A DNA stretch of 64,000 bases from the human T2T-CHM13v2.0 reference genome, Homo sapiens. A program made the position numbers and the translations under genes. Where the stretch lies: NCBI RefSeq assembly GCF_009914755.1, contig NC_060928.1. The stretch is one strand, 5' to 3'. How positions within the stretch are numbered: the first letter of the stretch is position 1; each line of letters begins with the position of its first letter. The notes beneath the pieces are model-generated. The model was not told the origin of the DNA. It saw nothing but the letters and a program-made list of their open reading frames with translations, and did not search any database. Of the stretch, positions 1 to 17,439 are shown piece by piece.

Positions 1-1788
1 TTACTACATTTCAGCACTCAAACTAAGCCAAAGGAGGTAAATCACGTCATAGAAAAATGAACACAACAGTTTCCAGACAAGCCTATCAAGAGTTGAAGAG
101 TTAAGCAGCTATTGCTACCAGAAGAGTTTAGAGGAATCATCTCCTTTGACCTGTGACCTTTGTCTAAGGGTTTTAATTAAGAGAAAAGCAAAATCTGGAC
201 ACAGAAGTCAAAAGATATTTAAAAAGTCACCCTGGCTTTATCTGTGCATCAGTCATTACTTCAAGTCCAAACAGGCAGGCCTTTCTTAGCAAACAGCTTT
301 CCTGATTAGCAATCAGATTCTGGAGGCTTCCATGGCCACCTCCAGCCCTGCAGTCTGAAAAGCAAATACAATTCAGTCCAAAGCTCCTTTGAAAGCAAAC
401 AAACTAAGCATAAAGGTACACCTTCAAACACACTTCAGCAAGATTGAATTCATTGTCCTTCAAATTACATTTAGGAAATATCTTTTTCCTTTCTATTTTT
501 CAACTCAATGTTTTAATTAATAAGCTTTCCTGAGAACATTTGCTATCTATATGCTTTACCACTCTCCCCACAAAAATTGCTTACTTCCTCTGAACTCCCA
601 GAGGACAAGAAAAACTGACAAATGAACATTAGAAAAAAATTGCAATATTTTTAAAAAACACTTAGTAAGGTTTTATAAAATACATTAAAACTAAAGCAAA
701 ATGATACATAATCATACTGCTCAGCTATCCCGATTTTTTTTTAAAGGAAAGAAAAATAAGTGAACATAGTTAGAAAATTCAAATACAGAAAAGGAAGAAA
801 AAGTTTTCCAGTTTATTAACAGTTGTACTGTACATCTTTTTCAGGGAAAAAATGCATACACCAGCATATATACCTTTTTTAAAAAAATTATACAAAAGGG
901 AATGGTAATCACATTGATTCCACAAGGCATTTTTTTCATTTTTTATATATATGTACACGTAAGTGTGTATATATATCTTATAAATCTTTCCAAAGGAGCA
1001 CATATACAGAACTACTTCATTCTTTACAAATATGCTACAATATATCATATAAATATCTTGGCATAGTTTTAAGTGAACATATTTATGAAATTGCTGGTGA
1101 TTTTAAGTTCTGAAATACATCACCAAATTGCTTTTGAATTGTGTCTATTTCAGAAGATAATTTAATCTCAAACAGAAGTCCCTTTTTTGCACGTGCTGGA
1201 GGTATCACAACTGACCTGCTGTGCCTCAAACTGCATCTCAGAACTGCTAGACAATCAACCCCTAGCAGACCAAGTCAAGCTCTTCTAGACAACACAGACT
1301 CCGTGAATCAAACCAGAAATGTCTCTAAAAAGCTGGAGGCTGGCAATCACAGCTTTGGAAAGGGTTCTGTATAGCTTAACCTTTCCGTTTATTAGTTTCT
1401 GTACTTTGTGTCTAAGAGGCAGACACAGCGACAGGAAAAGGAAGAAAGGGATTAACATCTACTAGGTACTTAACTAAGAATGCTACCAGGTGAGAATACT
1501 AGAAAAGCAACAGATTGACCAGAGTCTCAAACCATCATAGAGGTAAACACCTTGGTCCCTCTCTCCCCACTGAAAAATTCTAGGCAGCTCCCAAACAAGG
1601 AGTGCAGAGTAAGGGGGAGGGGAAGCCAGGAATGTCCAAGGCTTATCTTCTTCCTTCCTTCTCTAAGCAGCTGCTTAGGAGTATCTGATTCCCCCAGCCA
1701 CCAAAATACCTCTCAGTAATTCACAGCAAGTTCATGGAGTAGATGGCTGGGCCACATACCTAGCTATAAAACCTAGGACACACTTTCC

Positions 1789-2107
<319 letters not shown>

Positions 2108-2110
2108 TAG

Positions 2111-2284
2111 GGCCGGGCGCAGTGGCTCATGCCTGTAATCCCAGCACTTTGGGAGGCCAAGGCGGGCTGATCACAAGGTCAGGAGATGGAGACCATCCTG
2201 GCTAACATGGTGAAACCCCATCTCTACTAAAAATACAAAAAAAACAATTAGCCAGGCATGGTGGCGGGTGCCTGTAGTCCCAGC
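2111..2284 (+). mobile_element. Alu (AluSc/Y-like), 3'-truncated in the right arm
   Basis: ggccgggcgcagtggctca...gagaccatcctggctaac...cctgtagtcccagc, then an abrupt stop. Confidence 0.93.
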
Positions 2285-3651
2285 CCCCAGCCCCCCACAA
2301 ATAAAGAAAATATATAAAGAGAGTTTGCTCTGGGTAAACCACTTCATAGGCAGTGCTTTGATTTATACAAGTATATCATGGAGTTTCGGAACATCTGGAT
2401 TCAAATTTAAATTAGTGGGTGTAAGACTTGAACAAAAATCATTTGATCTCTCCAATCCTGAGCTTCTCTAAAACTGGGTAACACTGTCTCTGTCAAAGAA
2501 CTGTTGTGAGGATCAAATGAAGTCTGCCCCCGCCTTGAGCCACTCCCATAAGATACTGAGAAAGTGCTTAGTACTTGGCAAACTGCACATGCAACCTCTC
2601 CCCAGAAGGGCTTGCATTTTGGCTGTTTCCCTCAATAATACTTCATTTCGTTCCCTCCAGCAAACTACCACAGCTGCCCTCCTTACAGGACACTGCTAAC
2701 TAGTTCACTTGGAATTTAACTGATTTGCACTGAAGTAACACAAATTCAACATTCCTTATCACTCATATGTTAATGACTGCTCAAGACCAGTGGTCATTTT
2801 CAATCCTATTTTAGAATAATCAAGGATCTAAAGTCCTGATTGGAACTCCAGACTTCTTATTTCTAGGAGAATTCATTCCTCAAGTCACTAATTACTGTCT
2901 TACTTTTCATATGCTCTGTGACATTTTAACCAGACACCAGAAAAAAAGCCACAGCAGTAACAAACTATATCCTTGAGCCCTCAAAAAAAAAAAAAAAAAA
3001 AAAATCACCCTTACAAACCCAAGCATAGCATGGTTACTATGATTCTAAAACCTGTCCTCAAAGGGCCTCAGATGCATGACGATTACATTCAAAACTATAT
3101 TCTTTCATCCTTAAAGACAGTACACTAACAAACTGCACCGAAAGATTTTTTAATGCAAGCCAGACCAATGTTGATACTTGTTTTTTATAAATTATTATAT
3201 GTTTTTTCATAGACACTATCCAAACCAGTAGACTATTTTTGTTTATGAATGAAGCCAAGGATCAATGATCAATGCTTATTTGAATAGATAATAATCAATT
3301 TGGAAATTTCAGAAACTTTGAATAGCTATCGTGTCATGCGTATAGATCTTATTTGGACAATATAATCAAATTAAACATTTTATGCATCACAGATCAGTAT
3401 GAAACTGAGAAAGTACTGTTTGTTCTTGTATCAGTAATTATATTAAAATAAATGACTGTATGTCACTCACAGTATCTTTGAAAGCTGTTAAAGAAAACCT
3501 ATACTTCACAGATTATTCAACATAAAAAAAGACAAGAAAAATATCAAAAGATATATTATTCCAAACTCTGTTAATGTATTTGTCATAAACATCCTCATTA
3601 CAGATGTATACAAAATTGTGGCTGTACTAAAGAAGCAAGTTCCAGGCACTC

Positions 3652-3782
3652 TTTTCTTTTCTAGACAGGATCTGGGTCTTGCTATGTTGCCCATGCTGGT
3701 CTCAAGCTCCTGGGCTCAAGCAATTCTCTTGCCTCAGCCTCCTGAATAGCTGGGACTACAGATACGTGCCACCACACCCAGT
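3652..3782 (-). mobile_element. Alu monomer (FLAM-like)
   Basis: Single antisense Alu arm gggtcttgctatgttgccc...gctgggactacag...ccaccacaccca. Confidence 0.85.
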
Positions 3783-5409
3783 TCCCTGACACTCTCTTCA
3801 TTCTGGTGTTGACTCAGTGAATGTGACTAGGTTGATCTGATTTTGCTTCATCTGCAAGCAAATGATCATAAATAGGCCAGAGTCTTCATGAATGTAATTG
3901 TACTACAACTCAAACTTCAGTGATTCAATCATTTTGAATCCCAACTTCAGCTGGCAAAAAGGCTCTATTCAAAGTAAACGATGGTTAAGAGGTTACTCTA
4001 ACCCAGCCATGCTTTGATTCAGCTCCCAAAAGAAAACAAGAATAAGAAGACCTTATCTTTCCAGAACATTATACTACACTCCTCATGGAGTCATTCTGTG
4101 AATAGGTCACAAAGATGTTTAAAGGGGCAACAGAGAGAAAGAAAAGATTTAAAGAAGTGACTGGGTTAAAAGTTTCATAACACCTATTTCCAGGGACTTA
4201 GAGTTATAAATGAAAGCTTACTTATGGCTTTGACTTTAAATGAACAATAAAAAAGATAATTCCATGTTGCTCTATGGATATGTTTTTAGGAGGTGATATT
4301 ATCAGTTAAAAGACTTCCCAGGAAAGTAAAAGGGCCAGGTAACACACATGTCAGTTGCCATCAAGCTGGTCTACTCAGGTTGAAATGAGAAGATTACGAA
4401 GAAAGCAGGAAGCAGATAAGCCATCCTGAGAACTGAGCCCTCCAGGAACCAGGACGCATGGCTTGACCTACTAACGGCACTGCAGAAAACAGGTTCCAAA
4501 TCTAATAGCATGACTGTAATCTCCAGTTAAAGCCCAGCAGCAATAGTCAGCTCAGCTATGTGCCAGAGAAGGGAAATGTCTCTGCATTTCACCAAGACTT
4601 ACATTTAGATTTTTTTCACATTAAAAATGTCATGTCCCAAACAAAATTAGGAGTTTATTAGAAAACAAGAGAAAATGATCAACTAGATTCCAAATGTCAC
4701 AATAAAGCACTGACTTTTAAACAATTTCCTTTTCAATGTTTATGCATCCATAACGCAGTTGTAACTAAAGATATATATATTTTGCAATCTTCACATTTCT
4801 AATATAATTATTTTAATGTCTTCACACTTAGCTATTCAGAATCATACTAATACAAAGATAAAAACAGAATAGGTAAATATAAAAATACAGCTAGCATTTT
4901 ATACTATGAAAAATGTCCCATTTTCATAAAACATATACAACTACACTATGTTACCAAACACACGCAAGACATTTTAATTCATAGGTTTTCTATTTAGTAA
5001 AATAATAGTTTTGTGATATGAGACCCAATTCATGTTACCATTAATGAAAATACTTGAAATAATATGCCAGCCTTGTAAAACCTTCATTCAGTAGTTATTG
5101 GGAATGATTAAGACAGAGGTAATGAAAAACTTAATCTTTTTTTTTCCAAATGCAGAACAGGTATAAAAATGATTACCACCTTTATGAAAAACAAAGCACT
5201 GCTTAAAGTCATATATATAGTAATCTGGAAAATGCACTTTGATTGATTCCACATTGTCATCTACCATATTAGATTTCCATAATTACCCCAAAGAGAAAAC
5301 ACCAAATACTAGTACTCTAACACAGTGACTCATAAAGAACAGAGAGGAAAAGTAGCAAAGGTACAACAGTGTTTTTTAGTGAAGACACTGCATCTTAAGT
5401 CCAATTCTT

Positions 5410-7860
<2,451 letters not shown>

Positions 7861-8402
7861 GTAATTACAAAATATAATATTAATGAAAACTCTATCATTA
7901 AAAAGAGGAAATAAGTCTTTAAATTCATTTAATTCTCCTTAAAACAGAAAGCTGACTGAGGTTCTGGTGAGAACAGCAGCTGTTACCTTGTCGTGTTAAA
8001 ACTAACTCCAGACAGCTTTCTGATAGCCTCTCATTTGGCTAGGCCTTAAACAATTGTATTCAGAGTAAATAAACAAGATTCTACCATTACTAACCTCTGA
8101 AATTATCTTCATTATCTGCAATTTACTTTAACTATATGCTCTGGAAAGCCTTCCCTTCTTTTAGACTCAAAAAGCAAGTAATTGAATTAAATCTATTTTT
8201 TAAATCTTTTTAATGTTTTTTAATGTTCCTAAGACTTAATCCTCTTCTACCTTGTTAAATAATCGCCCTCCCTGCTAGTCTACCACCCAACAGAATTCCT
8301 AATTCCATCTCTGTTCCCACAAAACTTTGTTCTTACCTCTAGAGATACATTGTCACACTGCATGTCAGTCATGTGAATACTTATCTGGCCTATCCCCTAC
8401 AC

Positions 8403-8918
8403 CAGGGGCCCCTGGTACCAGTCTGTGGCCTGTTAGGAACCAGGCTGCATAGCAGGAGGTGAGCAGTGGGCTAATGAGCACAGCTTCATTTGTATTTACA
8501 GCCGGTCTCCATCGCTCACGTTACCTCCTGGGCTCTGCCCCCTGACAGATCAGTGGCAGCATTAGATTCTCATAGGAACGCAAATGCTATTGTGAACTGC
8601 ACGTGCCAGGGATCTAGGTTGCATGCTTCCTATGACAATGTAATGCCTCATGATCTGCCACTGTCTCCCATCATCCCCAGATGGGACCACCTAGTTGCAG
8701 GAAAACAAGCTCAGGGCTCCCACTGATTCTACATTACAATGAGTTGCAAAATTATTTCATTATAGACCACAATGTAGTAATAATAATAGAAATAAAGTGT
8801 ACAATAAATGTAACGTGCTTAGATCATCCTGAAACCATCCCTGCCACCCCACTCACTGTTTGGAAAAACTGTCTTCCACAAAACTAGTCCCTCATACCAA
8901 ACAGGTTGGGGACTGCTG
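8403..8918 (+). mobile_element. MER1A non-autonomous hAT-Charlie DNA transposon
   Basis: cagggg...ggttggggactgctg termini; perfect 8-bp TSD ccctacac (8395-8402 and 8919-8926). Confidence 0.9.
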
Positions 8919-8999
8919 CCCTACACCATGAGCCCCTAAAGACAGGGACTATGCCACAGTCATTTTACACTAAGACCTCACTCCTAGAAGGTACCACCA

Positions 9000-9930
9000 A
9001 TTGGGATGTTTTGGATGTAAGAGACAGACACCTAACTCAGATGAACTAGCTAAGTTGCCAAGAAAGTGAAACAGGAGATGCTGGGTTTAGGCACTGCTGA
9101 ATTGCAGGTCAAAAATATGTGTGTGTCTGTGTGTGTGTGTGTCTGTGTGTCTGTGTGCACACGCGCATGTGTGCGTGTGCATGTGTGCATATGCATACGA
9201 GTGTCCCTTCCCTTCCCACCAATCTCTTTTCCTCCATCTCCCTGCTTTGATTTCTCCTGTGTTGTCTTAATTTTCAGTAAGGTTTTCCCTAAGTCATAGA
9301 AAAACTGCCACTAGCAGCTCCAGCTTAACAAACTCACAGAAGGCAAAACTTCTTCAATAGTTGCAATAAGAATACTATGGCCCCTCCAAAGATGGTTGTG
9401 ACCCTTTAGTCCATTTTCATGCTGTACCTGAGACTGGGCAGTTTACAAAAGAAAGAGGTTTAATGGACTTAAGTTCCACGTGGCTGGGGAAGCCTCACAA
9501 TCATGGTGGAAGGCAAGGAGGAGCTAGTCATGTCTTGCATGGATGCCAGCAGGCAAAAAAAGACAGAGCTTGCGCAGAGAAACTCCTGTTTTTAAAACCA
9601 ACAGATCTCATAAGACTCATTACCTATCACAAGAACGGCACAGGAAAACCCCACCCCCATAATTCAATCACCTCCCACCAGGATCCTCCCATGACATGTG
9701 GGAATTATGAGAGTTACAATTCAAGATGAGATTTGGGTGGGGACACAGCCAAACCATATCACTGGCCACGCTTATGTTACATGCCCATAACTGAGTCAGC
9801 AGGGTCACCTCCTCTAACTACATAGGGTGAAAATGAAACAAGGGCAATTGTCCAGGAAAAATCTGGATGATTTATTAAAAGATGGAGGAAAAGGATGCTG
9901 GGCAGACAAAGCCAACAGACATTCACTACT
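9000..9930 (-). mobile_element. Old MaLR LTR (MLT1J/K-like) containing a (TG)n tract and a THE1 insertion
   Basis: Degenerate MLT1 motifs (ggatgctgggcagacaaa...cattcactac); imperfect TG/CG tract at about 9117-9195. Confidence 0.55.
9403..9761 (-). mobile_element. THE1B-like MaLR solo LTR
   Basis: ttagtccattttcatgctg...gagatttgggtggggacacagccaaaccatatca. Confidence 0.9.
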
Positions 9931-12631
9931 TCACAGATTCTGAAAGACTGTGACTCACTACTTTCTAGGGAGTATTTATTAGCTGCTTATGTAGAAAGCT
10001 GACTTACCCACTGAATGTCCAACAGAAATGGTCTGCAATGTCTGTCCCTGTATAATATATGTTTTCAAAATGAATTATTTCACTTTACTGCCTCATATGG
10101 GGTTATCCATGCTGTTTCATTCACCTGGCCCACAGTGAGAGCATTTGGCATTTATTTAAACACCTATGTTTTTCAGGACATTCTCTTCCCCTGTCGTATA
10201 TAAGTATCTTAATGCCAAATGCACACACTGCAGAAAATGAAATGTGTTGGTGGCTTTTGTTTGGGGAAAGATTAGAGTATATAAAATCTGGCCAAGCAGA
10301 CTGGAGGCTCACAGCCAGAATTATCCCAACAGAAATGGCAGGTCTCCATGCCCCACCCTTCAAAGTTCAAAAACACAAATGAGTGCAAGTCTTTGAAACT
10401 ACAAATCCAACTCCATGAGGCTGGACGCCGCTTTCTCCCCAAAATAAAGCCAAGACCATTGAAGTTGGCATAGGTGGCTTCCAGTTGTGGCTTCTTCCAA
10501 TATTTGTGCCAACGTCCTTCTCTCTTCTCTGAGAGAGGAGAGGAAGATGAGAAAGAGGATAGGACAGAGGAGAGGAAAAGGAAGAGAAGGAAAGGAAGAC
10601 ATCATTACACTATACACAAAAGGCTATCAGCATGTATCTGCCATTTACACATGCTGGGACTCTCACAAATAACTGAAAATAATCATTTGGGGTGGTCTCC
10701 AAAATGAGCCTGGAAGGAACAAAACAACTTTTCCCTATCCGGCCCAATCCGCTTTATCCATCCTCTCTTACTTATACTAACCTGATTTTGCTTAAATTAT
10801 TGTCAGCCTCAGCTTTTCACAGGAGCTTTCTTTTATGGATTTTCCATCCAGCAAATGTTTCTGTTCCACGGCTGGGCAGATCCGACCACAGCATGCTTGG
10901 CTACAGACCACAGCAGCTCACCCACAGCAACTCCAACCTGGGGGGGCAAAGGCCAGAAGCCATTATAAGGACTCAAAGTCATCAACTTTCTCTCTCTCAA
11001 GGGCACATATTTGGCAGGATAACCTCAAACATGTTCCCAACGTTCAAAATCATTATAAACAGAGGCAACAGCTTACAAGGTATCCTAAAGACAAGTGTGG
11101 GCTATTCTGAGGGGAGGATTGAAATATTTAATCATTTATTGAAAAGGTTTGGCCTAGTGATTATGCTCTGTTTGTGGGAAACTGAAAAGCCAGATGTTTT
11201 AATTAACCATGGAAAACACAAGCTACAACTAAAATTTCATGAACATACTGATCTGCCCCGTGGAAAACCACAGGAATGTTCTGGCAGGGCTCAGTCTGAA
11301 TTCTTGGGACACAGAGGGCTGGAATCATTCCCCTTAGGAACTGAAACAGAAAATTAACTTGCTCAATATGCTTTAAAAAGTAAAGCGAAACCCAGATTTA
11401 ATCTCAAATATAAAACATTACAGGACTTCAAAGGGCACCACAAAAAGACACATAAGTGGGGGCTATAAAAAATTCTAATGCGGTTCAGGATTTAGAATAT
11501 ATTTACATTGCAATATGAATGGTGTAATAGAAAATTTTATAGGCTACATAATCCAAAGGGGAAACGAATAATCTTTCATTTCCTAATAGAGGAAATTATA
11601 TATGAAACCAACATTCAACAAGTAAATCATAAATATTATCAAACGTATAACATAACTGGGCAAAAGGAATCCCTTAACTATCCTGCTGCCAAACATGTGG
11701 CCTAGCCCACAGGCGCTGCCATGCTTTAGCTAGAGGAATCAGGGCTTAAGGAAAAACAGTGTGGAAATAACTTATGCTCACTGGTGGTGCAGCTAGCAAT
11801 TCTGGCACAGAAAACTCAATGAGGGAATCTTATGAAAGCAATTAGTGAACATTAAGAGCTAATAGATTAAGAAGTCTTCATTTGTTAATTATAGTAACAG
11901 TTATGACGACATCTGTATATGCCAAATATTGAAAGTCTATTCAAGAGGGGACAGGACAAATGTTATTTTCAGATACTGGGTCCACAGTTCTATTTCTGTA
12001 AATCAAAACAGTCCTCGTCACAAGTGTGCTAAGCATAACATTACATTAATCTCTACCTTCAGTTGAAACCTCAGTCCCAAAAATCATCTCGAAAGGAACA
12101 GCAGAAAAAAAGCAAAATATCAAGTTATATATGTATGGTATGATCCCAATTTTGTTCTACAAACTGAGTGCATATAATCTAAAGACACCTAAGTATGAAC
12201 AACAGCACTTTTGGGTTATGGAATGGAAAGCTATTTGTATTTTCTTTCTAGTATTTTCCAAATTTTCTACAATTAACATGTATTTTAAGAGAATTTTTAA
12301 ATAAGGGGTTTAAGACTGCAGGAATACAAATCAGAAATGGGGTATCTATGCTATATTAGCCTGATCTTCGGTCTGCCTCTTATCTGAACAGAGCTAACAA
12401 ATGAAGAAGTATTTATCTGATCACAGAAGTTCTTAATTTACACGTTCAAAACCCAAGTGTCCAGTAACACTTCCAGTGATGAACAACACTTTCCTAGAAA
12501 TAAAAAATTCTTTTTTACTCTGCAAACTTGCCACAGACAGAGAACCATAGTTGTTTCCCTCCCTCACCTATCGCATCCAAATTTCTCTATCACTGGCCAT
12601 GCCATAAAACTGTCACTAAGTTAAAAGAACG

Positions 12632-12943
12632 GGCTGGGCATGGTGGCTTATGGCCTGTAATCCCAGCAATTTGGGAGGCTAAGGCCAGAGGATCACTTGA
12701 GCCCAGACGTTCAAGACCAGCCTGGGCAACAAAGAGAGGCCTTGTCTCTACAAAAATTTAAAAAATTAGCCGGGCATGTTGGGACATGCCTGTGGGCCCA
12801 GCTATTTAGGAGGCTGAGGTGGGAAGGTCACTACAGCCTGGGAAGTCGGGGCTGCAGTGAGCCATGTTCACGTCACTATACTCCAGTCTGGGAGACAGAG
12901 TGAGACCTTGTTTCAAATACACAAATAAATTAAATAAATAAAA
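12632..12943 (+). mobile_element. Alu (AluJ-like), full length
   Basis: Dimeric Alu with (taaa)n tail. Confidence 0.93.
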
Positions 12944-13644
12944 GAATGCCTCCTGGTGTTACCTACTCACAGGAGCAGGGCCCTTAATGACTCCTGGCAC
13001 ACTCATTTCTGATGCTCTTGGCATCCTGAAAAACACAAGACACAATGGTGGAATCTTTACCCTGGGGCCTTGGCAACCCATTGCTCTAATAAGCCCGTGC
13101 CCAGAGAGGTAAAATGTCTTTCCCTCAGCCACACAGCCAGCAAAGCAGGAATGAGAGTCCAGACCATTTGCCTCCACTTTGACCAAGTGCTCTTTCCACC
13201 ACTATGACATTTCAGCATGAACTCTTGGAAATAAACTTTGTACAAATCACGTGCAGGTATTAAATTCATACCAGCAAAACCAGAAGAAGAAGACAGAAAT
13301 TTATTCTACCAAAAATGAAACGCATGCAGGAGAAAAAGTGAAGACTCAATCCTAGGCTAAAAAAGACACAGCTCTGCCTAGAACATGTTCAACTGAAGAA
13401 ACAATGAGTGCACTGTGCTTGGGCAGCAGGTGTCCTGAACAGAAACTGCCTATCACACCAAAAGCTTTCTGGTCCTAGCACTGGCCCTGTTGATAACACT
13501 ACAGTCCCACTGTTCAAAGAAGAACAAAAGGCTTTCAACAAGATAAAACTACACCTGCACCAAGCCACCTGTGAGAGACAGGAAAGATGCATGCACCAGT
13601 GTTAGAAATAATAAATGTCTGAAGGCATCAAGTCTGGCCTCTTA

Positions 13645-14305
<661 letters not shown>

Positions 14306-14539
14306 GAAAACAATACAGTCACTAATAATTAAAATAATCCTAATCCTTCATCGCTTATGTCCACACAGCCTTGGAGTAAGAGCAGGCTTTTTTCTCTCTT
14401 CTTCAAGATTATTTCTTTGAAACATTGTTTACTTCCACTTTTTGTGTTACATCTACCTATGGTATCCACGCCACACCAATCAGAAACCCAGGAGTCTCAC
14501 AAAATGGGAATAGTCTGAAAAGCCAGGGGAGAGAGGAGG

Positions 14540-14900
14540 ACAGATGGCAATGACAAACTCAGAAACAATCCCTGAAAGGTCTTTACTGAGCTCCCTTCTC
14601 GTCATCCTTTCCCGACTGTGCATCAGGGCAACAAAGGCATGAACTGTGAGGCTGCGCATAAAGCCGCGGCCCGGGCTGATGTGATCTGGCTTTGCGAGAG
14701 CCCGAACAAACACAATGGCTCTGTCCCGCCTCAACTGAGAAGTCAGGCGCTGGGTGAAAAAAGAAAATGCTTTTTCTCCACCCAAAACCACTTCTCAAAC
14801 CCCTACCATATATTCCCGTGACGGATCCTGAAGGCAACACAATGTCAGCAGTTTATTTATTCCCTTTGATGCCTCAGTTCTAACAGTAAACATTAATGCC
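14540..14900. promoter_or_regulatory. Candidate enhancer: CpG-retaining unique segment with SOX/TCF-type motifs
   Basis: About 12 CpGs in about 250 bp; aacaat, aacaaag, cacaatgg, cacaatg, and cctttgatg (14863-14871). Confidence 0.4.
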
Positions 14901-15276
14901 TGCAGCAGGCAAACGGAATCAGGGTCTTGTTGGTATTTCACAATGAAATCATAGCTTTGTGGTGAGTATTGTTCCAGTAACACCTTAAAGTCATTTGTAA
15001 GATAATGAGGGTAAGTTTAAATGTAGCAGTCTGATAAAATAACCTCTAACCCAAGAATCACAAAGTAGATTAAAGCTTACTGAAGTCACCAAATTATTTT
15101 TCTCAACAGAAGACTAAACAGAAATGAGAACTGGATTTGATTCATAGATTGTGAAATCCTTTTTTATTCAAAACCTTGGTCATATGTCAGTTGGTCTTTG
15201 GCCTCCGTGAATGGATCTGGCAAAATGTGCACCCAGACACTGCCACCATTTGAGGATCTTCAATGTTTGGCCAGCT

Positions 15277-15527
<251 letters not shown>

Positions 15528-17439
15528 ATGACTCAGACTTTTTTGTTTTTACTAATGTCACAGGGAAGGTCTCTCCTTTTCAAGCCTGATTCCAGAAATA
15601 TCCACCAAGCCAATTCAACACAGCTGAAATTTCTATGTCAAAATGACCAGGCAGACAAGGCAAGAAGGAACACACTGGAGCCCACTCCTCTAGGGCTGTG
15701 AAAATTTGTTTAATTTTGGGAACCATTGATTTACTGCATTAACTTACTTAAAAAAAAGTATTGGAATATTTTTATTATAAAAATTAGATTTACAGTATTG
15801 ATAAATTTACAGGTTAAAATGTCTGGGAAAGAAGAATATAAATTGTTTGAAAGAATGAGGGTTCGTTAAAAAAAAATTTTCTTTCAAAAAGAATCTATCA
15901 CAGGTAACCAAAAAAGAACTACTATGAAAACCGAAACTGGCATCCAACAAAGTCTGTGACTGATAACCTTAGGGCAGTTTGGAAAAGGGTTCATGTAATA
16001 ACTTTCCCTGTAGGATTTCAACTAGGGGAAGGCGAATATTAATTAATTAATAGGTTCACTAATGTTTTTAAAGCTGTTCTGAAACAAGGGATGAAGAAAT
16101 TAACAGATTTAGAGGTTGTGGTTCCAGGTCTGCTACTTATGACCCAAGGATAACTAACAGCCTCTTTAACCTCTGTTCCATCATCTATAAAACTAGGATG
16201 ATACTATTAGCCAACTTCATGGAGCTGTCAACCATTCAAACTGAATATGAAAGCATTATTGAAACTATAAAGCACTATATTCATCCAACAAATATTTACT
16301 AAGAAACCACTATGCTGCTAGATGTGGCATTACCAATACAACCATGAACACTAAGACACAGCTCTTTCTGCACGGACTGACTCTAAGGGAAGCTGTGATC
16401 TGTGGGAAGGCTCAGGGGGCTAAAGGAACATGCAGGCGGCACCTAATCGGAATTCCAGACAAACACCAGGTATTGTGACGTTCCCAATACTTCTGGAAGG
16501 AAGTTTATCAGTGAAAAGTGATAGTGTCATTTTTAATTTTGGTTGCTTGTTAGCTCATTCATTTAGTACATTTTTTTAGCGAGCAATCACTATGTATCAG
16601 GTACCATTCTAGGTGATGGAGACTGGCACTAAAAAAAAATTTCTGCTTTAATGGGGCTGACATTTTGGTCATTCTTCATCTGTAGGAAATATAAAATACA
16701 TATAGGAAATAGAAACGAGCAGCAATGCTACGTCTGCTTCAATACAATGATTTATTTTAACCAAAGTATCCATGCAAAAGTGTTAAAAGGAATATTCTAA
16801 CTGATCCGTATATAGTAAAATATTTTATTTCTTATTTTAATCTCCAGGCCACATTTTACAATATACCAAATAACTACCACCATATGAAGGGCGCTCTGAG
16901 GTTTGAGGGATTACAATTTATGTGTTTTGGCATACAATGGAACACTCCCCAACACTTTTTTTTCACCCCAGGAAAAAAGAACACATGCTGAAATTCATCC
17001 AGTAATAACCCCAGTTTTACCACGGGGAATATCAATTATTTTAGAAGTATTTCCTGTAGTCATTATTTTAAAGATTAAAAAAAAATTAAATTATTTTAGA
17101 AACTAAACTCAAGTTCAACTTTAACATGCCAAAAGTCTGTCTTAGCAAAGTTTCTTTTTTAAAAAAAATTTTTATTTAATTAAAAGTCCTGAGAACTAAG
17201 CTATGCAGGACATGTCAGCCCTGCTGTACAAAAAATTCAATATGGGATGCAGGGGAAAGGGCTGAGGAAAGGGGGGAGAAAGAAGGAGAAGGGAAGGCAC
17301 AGGCGTTAAGATCTACACATTAATCTCTAATAATCTGAAAATCCATGCACTCAACAACACTAAAAGCCAATGTTCAAAATACTGCATAAAAAGAATGAAT
17401 ATCTAGGTAAAAGTGACCAAGATGTTACTCAACTCCAGA

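Noticed and set aside
995-1008. agcacatatac resembling the U6 snRNA 5' region
   Set aside because: Only about 11 nt match and similarity does not extend
8681-8887. Two similar peptides MGPxSCRKTSSGLPLILH (here and at 51615-51803)
   Set aside because: Both come from MER1A copies, not from a gene family
14678-14698. gatgtgatctggctttgcga resembling the 7SK 5' end
   Set aside because: Short gapped match with no continuation or TSD
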